The position numbers and the translations under genes were made by a program. Under the pieces are notes generated by a model, which worked only from the letters and a program-made list of their open reading frames with translations, did not search any database and was not told the origin of the DNA. A DNA stretch of 59,428 nucleotides, the filler included. It is 5 parts of 5 records of this genome, joined end to end, with 100 filler letters (N's around TTAATTAATTAA, not from the genome) between each part and the next. Parts side by side here need not be neighbours in the genome. Positions count along the whole stretch, not along the records: positions 1 to 17,814 come from DRR723986_11713; 4 more parts are not named here. One strand, given 5' to 3'. Of the stretch, positions 1 to 9,829 are shown piece by piece (position 1 is the first letter of the stretch; each line of letters begins with the position of its first letter).

Positions 1-110
1 TCTACTGGCTTTGAAACTCAATGAGTCCAGCCCCTAGCCAGAGCCCTGTCTCTCTTCAAACCAACTTCTGGTGGCAGTGCCAGCCGGACTTCTGACGGCC
101 AAAGCGCCGC

Positions 111-1313
111 TTAGCCGGGTCGGGCCAGCTTTTCGATGCCCCGGTCGATGGACACTGCGATCACAAGCAGAAGGCCGGTTACGATCAGCCGCGCTTCGTT
201 CGCCACCCCCATTAAGTTGAGGCCGTTCGACACCGTGGCGATGATGAGCGCCCCGAAAAGCGCCCCCACGACCATTCCTCGCCCGCCGAATAGGCTCACG
301 CCACCAATCACGGCCGCCGCGATGCTTTCGAGCAGAAGTGCCCCGCCCCCGACTCCGCCGCCGGAGGACACCGACACGCCAAGCGACCTTGAGGCCGAGA
401 GGATGCCGCCGAAGGCCGCGAGGGCCCCGGCGATGGCGAAGGCAGTGATTTTGATCCGGTCGACCTTGATCCCAGCCCGGCGCGCGGCCTCGGCATTGTT
501 GCCGATGGCGTAGAGATAGGTGCCGAAGCGCGTTTCCGAGGCAATGTAGGACATGACCCCAAGCAGCGCGAGGAACAGGATCACCGGCATGGGCAGACCG
601 CGCTGGTTTTCGAGGAACACCAGAATCCCAATGAGAAACAGCGCCACGATGATGACGGGAACCAGTACCACGGTATTGAACGAGGCAGGCAGGCCAGACT
701 GCTGGCGGGACCGCCAGGTCGATCCCATGACAAGCGCGAACAGCATGACTGCGCACAGGACAAGCACCCAGGCCAGCGCGCCGGTCACATGGGTGGCCGC
801 AAGCTCATCCACGCCGGAATTCATCAGGTTGTAGCGCCCGGTGCGCGGCAGCAGCAACAGCTGGACGCCATTTAGAACCAGCCCCACACCAAGCGTCACC
901 ACGAAGGACGGCACCCCGATCAGTGTCACCCACCTTGCGGACGCGGCCCCGATCAACCCGCCAAGGACAACACCGCAAAAGATCGCCAGGGGAACGGGCA
1001 GGCCGAAATCCATGACCAGCTTCGCCATGAAAACGGAGGCCACGCCTGAGGTTGCCGCCACCGACAGGTCGATTTCCCCCGTCAGCAGTACGAAAACGAG
1101 GCCGAGCGCGATAATCCCCGTGACGGTGGACTGTACCAGCAGATTTGACAGGTTCCGGCTGGTCAGGAACACGTCCGACTGGGTCGCGAAGAACAGGAAC
1201 AGGGCCACGAGGCCAATTGCCACTGGCACGAAGCTGAGTTCATTGCCGAGGCGTTCGGTCAGCGACCGTTTTGGCATCGCCACGGGTGTCGGGGTGATGG
1301 TTGCGTCCGTCAT
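111..1313 (-). CDS. Sugar ABC transporter permease (CUT2, XylH/RbsC-like)
   Basis: Multi-TM protein with GEIDLSV, IPSF-like VPSFVVTLG and YAIGNNAEAARRAGI (EAA loop) motifs. Confidence 0.92.
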   Translation of the reverse strand: MTDATITPTPVAMPKRSLTERLGNELSFVPVAIGLVALFLFFATQSDVFLTSRNLSNLLVQSTVTGIIALGLVFVLLTGEIDLSVAATSGVASVFMAKLVMDFGLPVPLAIFCGVVLGGLIGAASARWVTLIGVPSFVVTLGVGLVLNGVQLLLLPRTGRYNLMNSGVDELAATHVTGALAWVLVLCAVMLFALVMGSTWRSRQQSGLPASFNTVVLVPVIIVALFLIGILVFLENQRGLPMPVILFLALLGVMSYIASETRFGTYLYAIGNNAEAARRAGIKVDRIKITAFAIAGALAAFGGILSASRSLGVSVSSGGGVGGGALLLESIAAAVIGGVSLFGGRGMVVGALFGALIIATVSNGLNLMGVANEARLIVTGLLLVIAVSIDRGIEKLARPG

Positions 1314-1327
1314 GTTCTGTCCTCGCC

Positions 1328-2092
1328 TCAGCCAGCCATGTTGACGGCTTCGTTGCCGCCCACCATCGCGTTAACCACCTGTTCGCCGGTCACGTCCTTG
1401 GAATTGAAACTGGCGGCGTTGCGCCCCAGTCGCAGCACTTCGATCCGGTCCGTGTTGTCCAGAACGAAGTGATGAATGTCATGGCTGATCACCAGAACCG
1501 CGAGCCCGTGAGAGGCAAGCTCGCGGACCAGGCCGCCGACCTGTTCTGCCGCCGAATGGCTCAGCGCCGCCGTCGGTTCATCGAGCAGCACCACCTTCGG
1601 CTCCCAGAGGATCGACCGGGCTATCGCAATATTCTGGCGCTGACCGCCTGACATGGCGCCCACGTTGCGGGTCAGCGAAATTGAATCCAGCCGCAGACGC
1701 CGCAACACTTCCTTTGCGCGCTTTTCCGAGGCTGCCCGCGAAACGCGGAAGCCCGTGTACCACGGCCCCGTCAGTTCGCGCCCAAGGAAGAGGTTCTGCA
1801 CCGCATCGAGATTGTCGCAAAGCGCCAGGTCCTGATAGACGGTCTGAACGCCCATCTGAGCAACCTCGGCAGGGTTCGAGACATGCACCTCCCGCCCCTC
1901 GAACAGGTACTTGCCGCTATCGGGCCGGTGTACGCCCGACATGACCTTGACCAGCGTCGATTTACCGGCGCCATTGTCCCCCACGAGGGCCACGACCTTT
2001 CCGGGTTCGAGATCGAGCGACACGTCGGTCAGCGCCTTGACGCCGCCGAAATGCTTGGTGATGCCGCGAAGGCTGAGGATGGGCTCTGTCAT
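1328..2092 (-). CDS. Sugar ABC transporter ATP-binding protein (single NBD)
   Basis: Walker A GDNGAGKS, signature MSGGQ, Walker B LLDEPT, ISH switch. Confidence 0.95.
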   Translation of the reverse strand: MTEPILSLRGITKHFGGVKALTDVSLDLEPGKVVALVGDNGAGKSTLVKVMSGVHRPDSGKYLFEGREVHVSNPAEVAQMGVQTVYQDLALCDNLDAVQNLFLGRELTGPWYTGFRVSRAASEKRAKEVLRRLRLDSISLTRNVGAMSGGQRQNIAIARSILWEPKVVLLDEPTAALSHSAAEQVGGLVRELASHGLAVLVISHDIHHFVLDNTDRIEVLRLGRNAASFNSKDVTGEQVVNAMVGGNEAVNMAG

Positions 2093-2119
2093 GGCTGCCT
2101 TTTCCGTAGTCGCGAGGCC

Positions 2120-2142
2120 GCCGACGGTGCTTCACCGCCGGC
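2120..2142. other. Intergenic stem-loop between the SBP and ATPase genes (possible mRNA stabiliser)
   Basis: GCCGACGGTG-CTT-CACCGCCGGC imperfect inverted repeat. Confidence 0.4.
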
Positions 2143-2165
2143 GACCGGGAGAAAACCCCAGAAGA

Positions 2166-3254
2166 TCAGAGGTTATCCATGCACAGTTGGCTTTCCTCGG
2201 CCCCCTGGCAGACTTCCTCCCAGGTGTAGATGCCAGCCTCGACCACGTCTGAGATATTGTCGAGCGTGACGTTGTTCACCGGCAAGAAGGCGGCAGGGAC
2301 CATCATGTAGTCATTGTCCACCTCGCCGTTCATCCACTGATCCGGCAACTCCTCGCCGTTCAGGATCGCAACCGCCATGTCGGCGGCGGCCTCGGCCATC
2401 ACCCGCAGGTCCTTGAAGACGGTGTTGTCCTGCCAGCCCTGCGCGATGAACTGCAACGCCTCGATGGTGGCGTCCTGGCCGCCGGTCACGACGATTTCGC
2501 CCGGCGCGTAGCCCTGGCTGATCAGTGCCGCGACCGAACCGCCGGTGGTGCCGTCATTCATGCCAAGGAACATGTCCACGCCGCCGCCCGTGCGAGTCAG
2601 GCAGTCCTCGGCGAAGGCCTGCGCCTGCACCGGATCCCAGTTGGGGGTGAAATCCTCGCAGACGATTTCCACGCGGCCCGATGCAATCAGCGGATCGAGA
2701 TACTCGTTCTGGCCCAGTTCATACTGGGTGGTGCCGTATTCGCCCTGGTTGCCCTTCACGCGGGCGATGCGGATCGTGCCCGCGGGCATCGCTTCGATCA
2801 GTTCAGCCGCACGCTGGCCCTGCGCCTGGCCCACGGCGCGCGCATTGAACAGCACATGCGCCTCGGCCTGGCCACCGATCGCGTCATGTTCATAGAGAAG
2901 CACCGGCACCCCGGCCTCTTCCGCGGCGCGCAGCGCCCCGGCGGACAGGTTCGCATCGGACGAGGTGTAGACGATCAGGTCTGCACCCTGCGCCAGCGCA
3001 TCCTCGACCAGCTGCTGCTGGCGGACCGGGTCGCCCTGACCGTTCTGCACGGTGACGGTCGCACCGGGCATACGCTCTTGCATCGCGGCGACGAAGAGCG
3101 GCGCATCGCGGCGTTCGAACCGGATGGTGGTGGAATTGGGCAGCATGAAGAAGATCTGCTCGCCATCGGCCAGTGCGGGCGCGGCGGCAAAAGCGGAGAT
3201 CGTCAGCGCCGCTGCGGCACTGGTATTGGTCAGGATTTTCGTTAGTTTGATCAC
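2166..3254 (-). CDS. Sugar ABC transporter substrate-binding protein (XylF/ChvE-like)
   Basis: GTG start after AGGGAGG, Ala-rich signal peptide (ALA), R-F-E-x-x-D, NDG and GQDA motifs of periplasmic binding protein type I. Confidence 0.9.
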   Translation of the reverse strand: MIKLTKILTNTSAAAALTISAFAAAPALADGEQIFFMLPNSTTIRFERRDAPLFVAAMQERMPGATVTVQNGQGDPVRQQQLVEDALAQGADLIVYTSSDANLSAGALRAAEEAGVPVLLYEHDAIGGQAEAHVLFNARAVGQAQGQRAAELIEAMPAGTIRIARVKGNQGEYGTTQYELGQNEYLDPLIASGRVEIVCEDFTPNWDPVQAQAFAEDCLTRTGGGVDMFLGMNDGTTGGSVAALISQGYAPGEIVVTGGQDATIEALQFIAQGWQDNTVFKDLRVMAEAAADMAVAILNGEELPDQWMNGEVDNDYMMVPAAFLPVNNVTLDNISDVVEAGIYTWEEVCQGAEESQLCMDNL

Positions 3255-3339
3255 GGTGGTCCTCCCTTGAAGTCGGTGACCCTGTCGGGTCTGTCAGGCC
3301 CCGGCCCCTCGCCGGTTCCAGTTCGGTATTCGCCTGCTC

Positions 3340-3392
3340 AGTCTAGGTCTGCCCTCCGGCCCGGTCGTGTCGAGTTATGTCCAACTTGGAAC
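3340..3392 (-). promoter_or_regulatory. Putative operator TGTCCA-ACT-TGGAAC (3378-3392) plus -10 TAGACT (3345-3340) for the SBP1 operon
   Basis: Motif recurs at five other sites in this contig; -10 lies 32 nt from the motif edge (9+6+17), although the -35 position (ACGACC) is poor. Confidence 0.6.
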
Positions 3393-3405
3393 AGAGACAC
3401 CGGGA

Positions 3406-4281
3406 TCAGGCCGGTTTTGTAGGCACCGGCGTTGCCTCGTAGCAGCCGATAACCCCTTGATCAAAATCGAGAACAGACCCGGTCATGATGCCGGATTCAT
3501 CACTGGCGAGATGCGCGATCCAGCGCGCGACCTCGTTCATGTTCAGAAGCCTTCCAGCGGGCAGTTGCCTGCCTACCTCCGCCTGCCAACCGTCGGGCAT
3601 GTCGTGGAACGTCTTTTGCGTGATGTCCTCGGCGGGGGTGTCCATCCACCCGATGGCGAGCGCATTCACCCGGATCCCGTCCCGCATCAGCGAAAACGCG
3701 GCGTTCTTCGTCGTGGCGACAAGGGCCGCCTTGGACGCGGCATAGACCGTGAGCATCGGAACCCCGCCATGGGCGGTGATCGTGGCCACGTTGACAATGC
3801 TTCCCGGCTTTCCCGCGTCGCGCCAGTGATTGGCCGCGTTCTGCATCAGGAAAAAGGGCGCACGCGCGTTGATCGCGAAAGTGCGTTCCCAAAGAGCCGC
3901 GTCGCCATCGAGGATTCCCCCCCGGTCAGTGATTCCGGCGGAGTTGACGAGGATGTCATAGCTGCCGAACTCGGCAATCGCGCGTTCGTGGATCGACTGG
4001 CAATCATCGAGGTTGGCAAGGTCAGCGCGATGGTAGACCACCCGCTGTTCCGGGGTGGACAGCACATCGGCCGCGGCCTGCCCCTCCGCCTCTTTCCGGC
4101 CTAGGATCAGGGCGCCCTTCAGACCGCGCCGCAGCATCAGCTTCACCGCCGTCAGGCCAAGCCCCTGCGTGGACCCGGTCACAACCGCGACCTTGCCCGC
4201 GAATTGCCGGTCTAGAGGAACGTCCTTGTCCGACGCCGCGTGATAGGCGGCACTGCCATAGGGGCTTTCATAGTCGGTCAT
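3406..4281 (-). CDS. Short-chain dehydrogenase/reductase (SDR)
   Basis: TGSTQGLG, LVNSAG and YAASK motifs. Confidence 0.92.
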   Translation of the reverse strand: MTDYESPYGSAAYHAASDKDVPLDRQFAGKVAVVTGSTQGLGLTAVKLMLRRGLKGALILGRKEAEGQAAADVLSTPEQRVVYHRADLANLDDCQSIHERAIAEFGSYDILVNSAGITDRGGILDGDAALWERTFAINARAPFFLMQNAANHWRDAGKPGSIVNVATITAHGGVPMLTVYAASKAALVATTKNAAFSLMRDGIRVNALAIGWMDTPAEDITQKTFHDMPDGWQAEVGRQLPAGRLLNMNEVARWIAHLASDESGIMTGSVLDFDQGVIGCYEATPVPTKPA

Positions 4282-5282
4282 GCGTAATTCACCTCCACCG
4301 GCTTGTTGGTCTGGTAGGACTTCAGGGCGGCCTCGGATAGCAGCAGCGCGCGCCGCCCGTCCTCGAAAGTGACATTTGGGGGCTTGCCCGCCGTCACCTG
4401 GTCGATGAAATCGCGAATCTCGGCCTCGTAGGCGGCACGGTAGCGCTCGATAAAGAAATAAAGCAGCTCATCCTTCGTCGCCGTCCCGCCTTCGGTGTAG
4501 CGCGACACTTCCGTCGGACGGTGGTTGTTGGACCGCACCATGCCCTTGGCCCCAAACGCCTCGACCCGCTGATCGTAGCCGTAGTTGGTGCGGCGCGAGT
4601 TGTTGATATGGCACAGCGCGCCCGACGCAGTGCGCATCACGATCATCGCGGTATCCACGTCATTAAGTTCCGCAAAGATCGGATCGACCCGGTTTGCGGC
4701 CATCGCGAAGACCTCGACCGGCTCTTCGCCCAGGACAAACCGGGCCATGTCCATGTCATGGATCGTGGTATCGCGAAACAGGCCGCCGCAGGCCTCCAGA
4801 ATGGCCCGGGGGGGAGGAGGCCCCGGGTCCCTGCTTGTGATGACAAGCAGTTCCAGCGCTCCGATCTCACCCGCTGCGACGGCTTTCTGCACGCCTGCGT
4901 GGCTGGGATCGAACCGCCGATTGAAACCAAGTTGAAGCGGAACGTCAAAGGCGGCCAGCTTCTCGCGGCACTCCTCGACCTTGTTGATATCGACGTCGAT
5001 CGGCTTTTCGCAAAGGATCGGTTTGCCCGCTTCGGCGGAACGCAGGATCATTTCCACATGGGTGTTGGTGGGCGAGGCGATCAGCACGGCGTCAACGTCG
5101 TCAGCGCCGAGCAGCCGGTCGAGATCCGTCGTAGCCTGTGCTCCCACGTCAGCGGCAGTGCGCTTGGCGCTGTCCTCGAACACGTCATAGCACCAGGTCA
5201 CACGGGCGTCGGGCTGCAATGCCACGAGCCGCGCATGCATGTCGCCGATCCGGCCTGTGCCAATTATTCCGAAGCGAAGCAT
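4278..5282 (-). CDS. iolG: Inositol 2-dehydrogenase-like Gfo/Idh/MocA oxidoreductase (IolG/IdhA type)
   Basis: GTGRIG, CEKP, GFNRRFDP, DTTIHD, INNSRRTNYGYDQR, FFIERY; start moved to ATG 5282 (RBS GAGGGAGG). Confidence 0.8.
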   Translation of the reverse strand: MLRFGIIGTGRIGDMHARLVALQPDARVTWCYDVFEDSAKRTAADVGAQATTDLDRLLGADDVDAVLIASPTNTHVEMILRSAEAGKPILCEKPIDVDINKVEECREKLAAFDVPLQLGFNRRFDPSHAGVQKAVAAGEIGALELLVITSRDPGPPPPRAILEACGGLFRDTTIHDMDMARFVLGEEPVEVFAMAANRVDPIFAELNDVDTAMIVMRTASGALCHINNSRRTNYGYDQRVEAFGAKGMVRSNNHRPTEVSRYTEGGTATKDELLYFFIERYRAAYEAEIRDFIDQVTAGKPPNVTFEDGRRALLLSEAALKSYQTNKPVEVNYA

Positions 5283-5314
5283 CCTGCCCCTCCCTCTTGT
5301 TCGCAATCGAGAAG

Positions 5315-5367
5315 AGTGTCGGGCGGGGGCGCGCAACAGACAACGTCATGTTTGTCCAGTTTGGAAT
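5315..5367 (-). promoter_or_regulatory. Operator TGTCCA-GTT-TGGAAT (5353-5367), 9 nt, then -35 TTGTCT / 17 nt / -10 GACACT for iolG-SDR
   Basis: Motif repeat plus sigma70-like spacing read directly from the sequence. Confidence 0.6.
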
Positions 5368-5447
5368 TCCTTCCAAGTGACGAGACCCCGGAAAGTGCTG
5401 TAACCTGAAACGAGCCGAGAAACCCGCATCATGAAGGGGGCCGATAT

Positions 5448-5462
5448 TGTCCAAAATGGAAT
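5448..5462. promoter_or_regulatory. Operator TGTCCA-AAA-TGGAAT at the 5' end of regulator 1 (possible autoregulation)
   Basis: Both half-sites identical to the 5353 site. Confidence 0.55.
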
Positions 5463-7189
5463 ACTCCGACTCTCAGCGCGTTCGCCCTGGCGGGTTCTTT
5501 TCCGACATGTCGAGACATGAACTCGATCGGTTCCTCGATTTCGTGAGCAGCTTCCTGGAGGAAACGCAAACGTGCCTTCGGCTGGATATTCCCTCTCGCG
5601 AGATCCCGATAATGGTTCAGTTGATGCGCTCTCATCTGCGCGGGCGGATGGAAACGCCATCCTCGCTCATCGACAGCTCCGGCATGGCGCGCGGCACGGC
5701 GCACCGTCTTATCGAAGACATGGTTATGCGTGGCCTGATCGCCAAGCGACCGCGAACGAAAAGCGGCAAGACCTTTTCCCTGCACCCGACACCAAGACTG
5801 ATCGAGTCGTGGCTGAACTACATACGCCGGATGAAGGCGCTGCTTGGCACGGTCTTCGGGCTTGATGAGGATACGGACTACTTTTTCGGTGCGTCCTACC
5901 TGTCGACCGCCGTCGTCGCTCCGTTGCCGGTCATGTCCAGAAAGCTTGCCCTGCCCGGTGGGCTTCGTGTGCTTTTGCACGCGGATGCCACGTTCATGGC
6001 CATGCAGAAACTGAAGCGGCAGTTCGAACTGCATTTCGGGGTGGAACTTTCGGTTCGGGCACTATCCATCGACCGGCTGCATGAAGAAATCCTGGAGGAC
6101 GTGACGCGCCCGGTTTCACGCTATGACATCGTCACCTGCGATCTGTGCTGGATGGAAGAGCTGATCCATGCGGGGGCGCTGCGCCCGATCGAGCAACTGG
6201 GGCGGGGAAGCTCTCTGTTGTACAAGGACTTTCACCCGGAAGCACTGTCCACGGCGCTGCGCGGCAGTACGCTTTATGGTCTTCCGGTCCAGACCACGCC
6301 GGAGCTTTTCATCTACCGCACCGACCTTTTCGCACAGACTGGCCTGACACCGCCGTCTTCTCTGGCTGAAATGCTCGACTGCGCGCGTGCTCTGCACCGA
6401 CCTGCGCTGGACCAGAGCGGGATTTGCTGGAATGGTGCGCGCGGAACGCCTGTTGGCACGACATTCATGATGCTTATGGCTGATCTGGGCCAGCCGGTGC
6501 TCAACCTTCCGCTTACCGGCGACGGGTTTCGCGACCAGGGGCTTGAGGAGGAGCACCTGGTCCCAATGCTGACCGAACCGAAGGCCCTTGAGGCGGCGGA
6601 ATTCTTGGTGGAGCTGTTGGCCTATTCCCCGCCCAATGTGTTGCAGATGTCATGGTACGAGCGTGCGAAGTGCTATGCAAAGGGGCAAGCCGCCATGGGT
6701 TACTGCTACACCCAGATTCTTCCCATTATCGAGAATGATCCAACGTCGCCCGCTTGCGGACGCACCGGCTACCTGCCGCACCCTTCCGGTCCGGGCCAAC
6801 GGCCGATTGCGCCATTGGGGGGGTGGAATATCTGTCTGCCCGCCAACATAAAGGACACGCGCTTCGAAGCCGTGAAGCATGCGGCGCAAACCCTTACTTC
6901 AGCCGCCGCAACGAAGCTTTACATCGAAAATGGCAGCCTCGTCAGTTCGCGGTTCAGCGTTTGCAACGATCCTGCTGTTGCCCGTGATCGCCCGGTTATC
7001 GCAACGGTCGACAAGCTGGCCCGCGCAGGGCAATTACAGACATGGCCCCGGCCTGCGGTGCCGCAGCTCAACACCCTGGTGCGCATCCTGGGCGAGGAGA
7101 TTCACACCATGCTGCTGCGCAACAAGAAACCGGGCGCCGCATTGCGCGACGCACAGGCTCGGTGTGAAAAGGCAATGGCAACAGGGTAA
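5456..7189 (+). CDS. Winged-helix DNA-binding domain fused to sugar solute-binding domain (putative one-component regulator 1)
   Basis: N-terminal wHTH (SSLIDSSGMARGTAHRLIEDMVMRGLIAKRPRTKSGKTFSLHPT) with no signal peptide; C-terminal SBP_bac_1/8-like domain (YDIV..DL.W, LYGLPVQ, YRTDLF). Start may be 5447, 5456 or 5507; 5507 aligns with the paralogue. Confidence 0.82.
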   Translation: MEYSDSQRVRPGGFFSDMSRHELDRFLDFVSSFLEETQTCLRLDIPSREIPIMVQLMRSHLRGRMETPSSLIDSSGMARGTAHRLIEDMVMRGLIAKRPRTKSGKTFSLHPTPRLIESWLNYIRRMKALLGTVFGLDEDTDYFFGASYLSTAVVAPLPVMSRKLALPGGLRVLLHADATFMAMQKLKRQFELHFGVELSVRALSIDRLHEEILEDVTRPVSRYDIVTCDLCWMEELIHAGALRPIEQLGRGSSLLYKDFHPEALSTALRGSTLYGLPVQTTPELFIYRTDLFAQTGLTPPSSLAEMLDCARALHRPALDQSGICWNGARGTPVGTTFMMLMADLGQPVLNLPLTGDGFRDQGLEEEHLVPMLTEPKALEAAEFLVELLAYSPPNVLQMSWYERAKCYAKGQAAMGYCYTQILPIIENDPTSPACGRTGYLPHPSGPGQRPIAPLGGWNICLPANIKDTRFEAVKHAAQTLTSAAATKLYIENGSLVSSRFSVCNDPAVARDRPVIATVDKLARAGQLQTWPRPAVPQLNTLVRILGEEIHTMLLRNKKPGAALRDAQARCEKAMATG

Positions 7190-7193
7190 GGCG

Positions 7194-8309
7194 CTACAGC
7201 GTCACCCATGCCCGATCCCGGTCGCTTTCCTGCATCGCCTCGATCGTGCGCTGCACCTGGTAGGCCTCTCGGAAATCTGGGCCACAGGTGCCTTGCCCCG
7301 CATGCGCCTTGAGGAGTTCCGCGACTTCGATGACCTTCAGGTCGTTGAACCCGAGGTGATGGCCCGGTGCCGGACAGAACGCGCCATAGGGCGGATGTGC
7401 GGGACCCGATTCGATGCGGGTGAACCCGCTGCGCCCCACGGTGTCGGACCAGAGCAGAAGTTCGTTCATGTGTTCCTGGCTGAAGGCGAGTGCGCCCTTT
7501 GTGCCGGTGATCTCCCAGGAAAGGTCCATCGTGCGGGCGGTAGCGGCCCAGTTCGCCTCGATGCTGCCCGCTGCGCCGTTTTCGAATCGCAGAAGGGCGT
7601 GGGTCATGTCGTCGACCTTCACGGGCGCGCGCTTGGCGCTGCCCGGGGAGACGGGTCGCGTGGGAAAAATCGTGCGGCAATCGGCCTGTACCTGGGTGAT
7701 CGGCCCGATCAGGAACCGCGCCATGGAGGTGATATGGCTGCCGATATCGGCCAGCGCGCCGCCGCCCGCCGGATCGGTGCGGAAGGAATGCGGTGCGTCG
7801 GGGCTCGCCATGTAGTTTTCCGCGTGCCGCCCGCGAAATCCGGTGACCTCACCGATTTCGCCCGCCGCGATGATCTCCCGCGCCAGTTTGATCATCGGGT
7901 TGCGCAGGAAGTTGAAGCCGACCAGCGTGGTGACACCTGCGGCCTCGGCGGCCTCGGTCATCTCCAGCGCCGAGGCAGCGGTGGTCGACAGCGGCTTTTC
8001 ACAATAGACGGTCTTACCCGCCGCGATGGCCGCCAGCGCAATCGGCGCGTGCAGGACATTGGGGGCAGTGATGGCGACGATGCCAACCTCGGGGTCATCG
8101 ACAAGGGCCTGCCAGTCGGACGTTGATCGTGCGAACCCAAGCGCCGCCGCGCCCCGCTTCGCGAGGTCTTCGGTGGCGTCCGCCAGAATGCTCAGTTTCG
8201 GTTCCAGCGGCAGGTCGAACAGCCCGCCCACGGCCCGAAAGGCATTGGCGTGGCACCGGCCCATGAAGCCGGACCCGACCAAACCGATCCCGATCTCCTG
8301 CTTACCCAT
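7194..8309 (-). CDS. Gfo/Idh/MocA oxidoreductase (subfamily resembling levoglucosan dehydrogenase and inositol-cluster dehydrogenases)
   Basis: GSGFMG, CEKP, GGGALADIGSH, VDD, GPAHPPY...GFNDLKVIE. Confidence 0.88.
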   Translation of the reverse strand: MGKQEIGIGLVGSGFMGRCHANAFRAVGGLFDLPLEPKLSILADATEDLAKRGAAALGFARSTSDWQALVDDPEVGIVAITAPNVLHAPIALAAIAAGKTVYCEKPLSTTAASALEMTEAAEAAGVTTLVGFNFLRNPMIKLAREIIAAGEIGEVTGFRGRHAENYMASPDAPHSFRTDPAGGGALADIGSHITSMARFLIGPITQVQADCRTIFPTRPVSPGSAKRAPVKVDDMTHALLRFENGAAGSIEANWAATARTMDLSWEITGTKGALAFSQEHMNELLLWSDTVGRSGFTRIESGPAHPPYGAFCPAPGHHLGFNDLKVIEVAELLKAHAGQGTCGPDFREAYQVQRTIEAMQESDRDRAWVTL

Positions 8310-8318
8310 GTCGTTCTC

Positions 8319-9827
8319 CTATTCCGCCGCTGGCCGTGCCAGGTGATGTGACACCGCGTCGATCAGGTTTTCCTCGGTCATCGCCTCGCCCTCGAATTCA
8401 CCGACGATCCGCCCCTCGGCCATGGCCAGCACCCGGTGGCTGACGCCCAGAACCTCGGGCATCTCCGACGAGATCACGATCACGGCAAGCCCCCGTTCCG
8501 CGAGGTTCGCGATCAGTGTGTGGATGGCCGATTTCGATCCCACGTCGATGCCCCGCGTGGGTTCATCGAGGATGATCAACTTCGGCCCGGCACACAGCCA
8601 TTTGGCCAGCACGAATTTCTGCTGGTTTCCGCCGGAAAGTGTGGCAACCGCCTGTTCCGGCCCCGTGGTCTTGATCGACAGCGCATCCTTGTATTCATCG
8701 AAAGTAGCGCGCTCTTTGGCCCGGTCCATGACGGTGTTCCTGGCATAGCTCGACAAGTGCGGCAGGGTGGTGTTCTCCAACCCGCCCATCATCAGGACCA
8801 GCCCCTGTTCCTTGCGGCTTTCGGGTACAAGCGCCATGCCGAGGTCAATCGCCTGCCTGGGTGTCGGCAGAGGAATGTCCCTGCCTTGCCAGTGCAGGGT
8901 GCCCCGGTCGGCCTTGCGGATGCCGAAGAGCGTTTCGACCACCTCTGACCGACCCGCGCCGACAAGCCCGTATAACCCCAGGACCTCGCCCTGCCGGACG
9001 GAGAAGCTTACATCCTCGAACTGGCCCTTCAGGCTGAGGCCATCAACGCGAAGAACCTCGTCCCCGAAACTGCTGTCGGCCTTGTGGAAATAGGCTTCAA
9101 GCGTGCGGCCGATCATCATGCGGGTGACGGCGGTGGCATCGGTTTCTTTCGTGGTCACAGTGCCCTGCACCTGGCCGTCGCGCAGCGCCGTGATGCAGTC
9201 GGTCAGTTCGAAGATTTCATCCATCTTGTGAGAGATATAGACGATCCCCACCCCCTGCGCCTGAAGCCCGCGGATGGTGGTGAAAAGCTGGTCCTTTTCC
9301 GTTTCGGTCAGCGAGGCCGTGGGTTCGTCGAAGATCACCACATTGGCGCTGAACGCCTGCGACCGGGCAATTTCCACCATCTGCTGCATGGCAACCGAGA
9401 GCGTGCCCACCCGGACATCCGGCCCGAACGAACATCCCAGAGCATCCAGCGCCGCCTGTGCATCGCGGCGCAGCTTGCGCTTGTTTAGCACGCCGAGCGC
9501 GTTGGTGGGCCAGGCACCGAGATAGATGTTCTCGGCCACCGAAAGTTCAGGCGACAGCGAGAGTTCCTGGTGAATGAGCAGGATACCCTTTTCCCGCGCG
9601 GCCAGCGGGTTGTCGATCTGCACGGGCTGGCCCTGGTATATGATCTCGCCCGCATCGGGGTGGTAGAGCCCGGCCAGCACCTTCATCAGCGTGGACTTGC
9701 CCGCCCCGTTTTCCCCCACAAGCGCGTGGACTTCACCCGGCCGCACGTCGAAGCTGACCTTGTCCAGCGCGATCACGCCGGGGAAGGTCTTGGTAATTCC
9801 GGAAAGGGTCAGGATTGGATCGGCCAT
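8319..9827 (-). CDS. Sugar ABC transporter ATP-binding protein (tandem NBD, RbsA-like)
   Basis: GENGAGKS, DEPT twice, LSGGNQQK, RGIDVG; start moved to ATG 9827 (RBS AGGAGG). Confidence 0.95.
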   Translation of the reverse strand: MADPILTLSGITKTFPGVIALDKVSFDVRPGEVHALVGENGAGKSTLMKVLAGLYHPDAGEIIYQGQPVQIDNPLAAREKGILLIHQELSLSPELSVAENIYLGAWPTNALGVLNKRKLRRDAQAALDALGCSFGPDVRVGTLSVAMQQMVEIARSQAFSANVVIFDEPTASLTETEKDQLFTTIRGLQAQGVGIVYISHKMDEIFELTDCITALRDGQVQGTVTTKETDATAVTRMMIGRTLEAYFHKADSSFGDEVLRVDGLSLKGQFEDVSFSVRQGEVLGLYGLVGAGRSEVVETLFGIRKADRGTLHWQGRDIPLPTPRQAIDLGMALVPESRKEQGLVLMMGGLENTTLPHLSSYARNTVMDRAKERATFDEYKDALSIKTTGPEQAVATLSGGNQQKFVLAKWLCAGPKLIILDEPTRGIDVGSKSAIHTLIANLAERGLAVIVISSEMPEVLGVSHRVLAMAEGRIVGEFEGEAMTEENLIDAVSHHLARPAAE

Positions 9828-9829
9828 GG

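Noticed and set aside
1-110. Contig-1 ends (1-110 and 17523-17814) as possible IS ends or island boundaries
   Set aside because: No terminal inverted repeats, transposase fragment or tRNA recognisable
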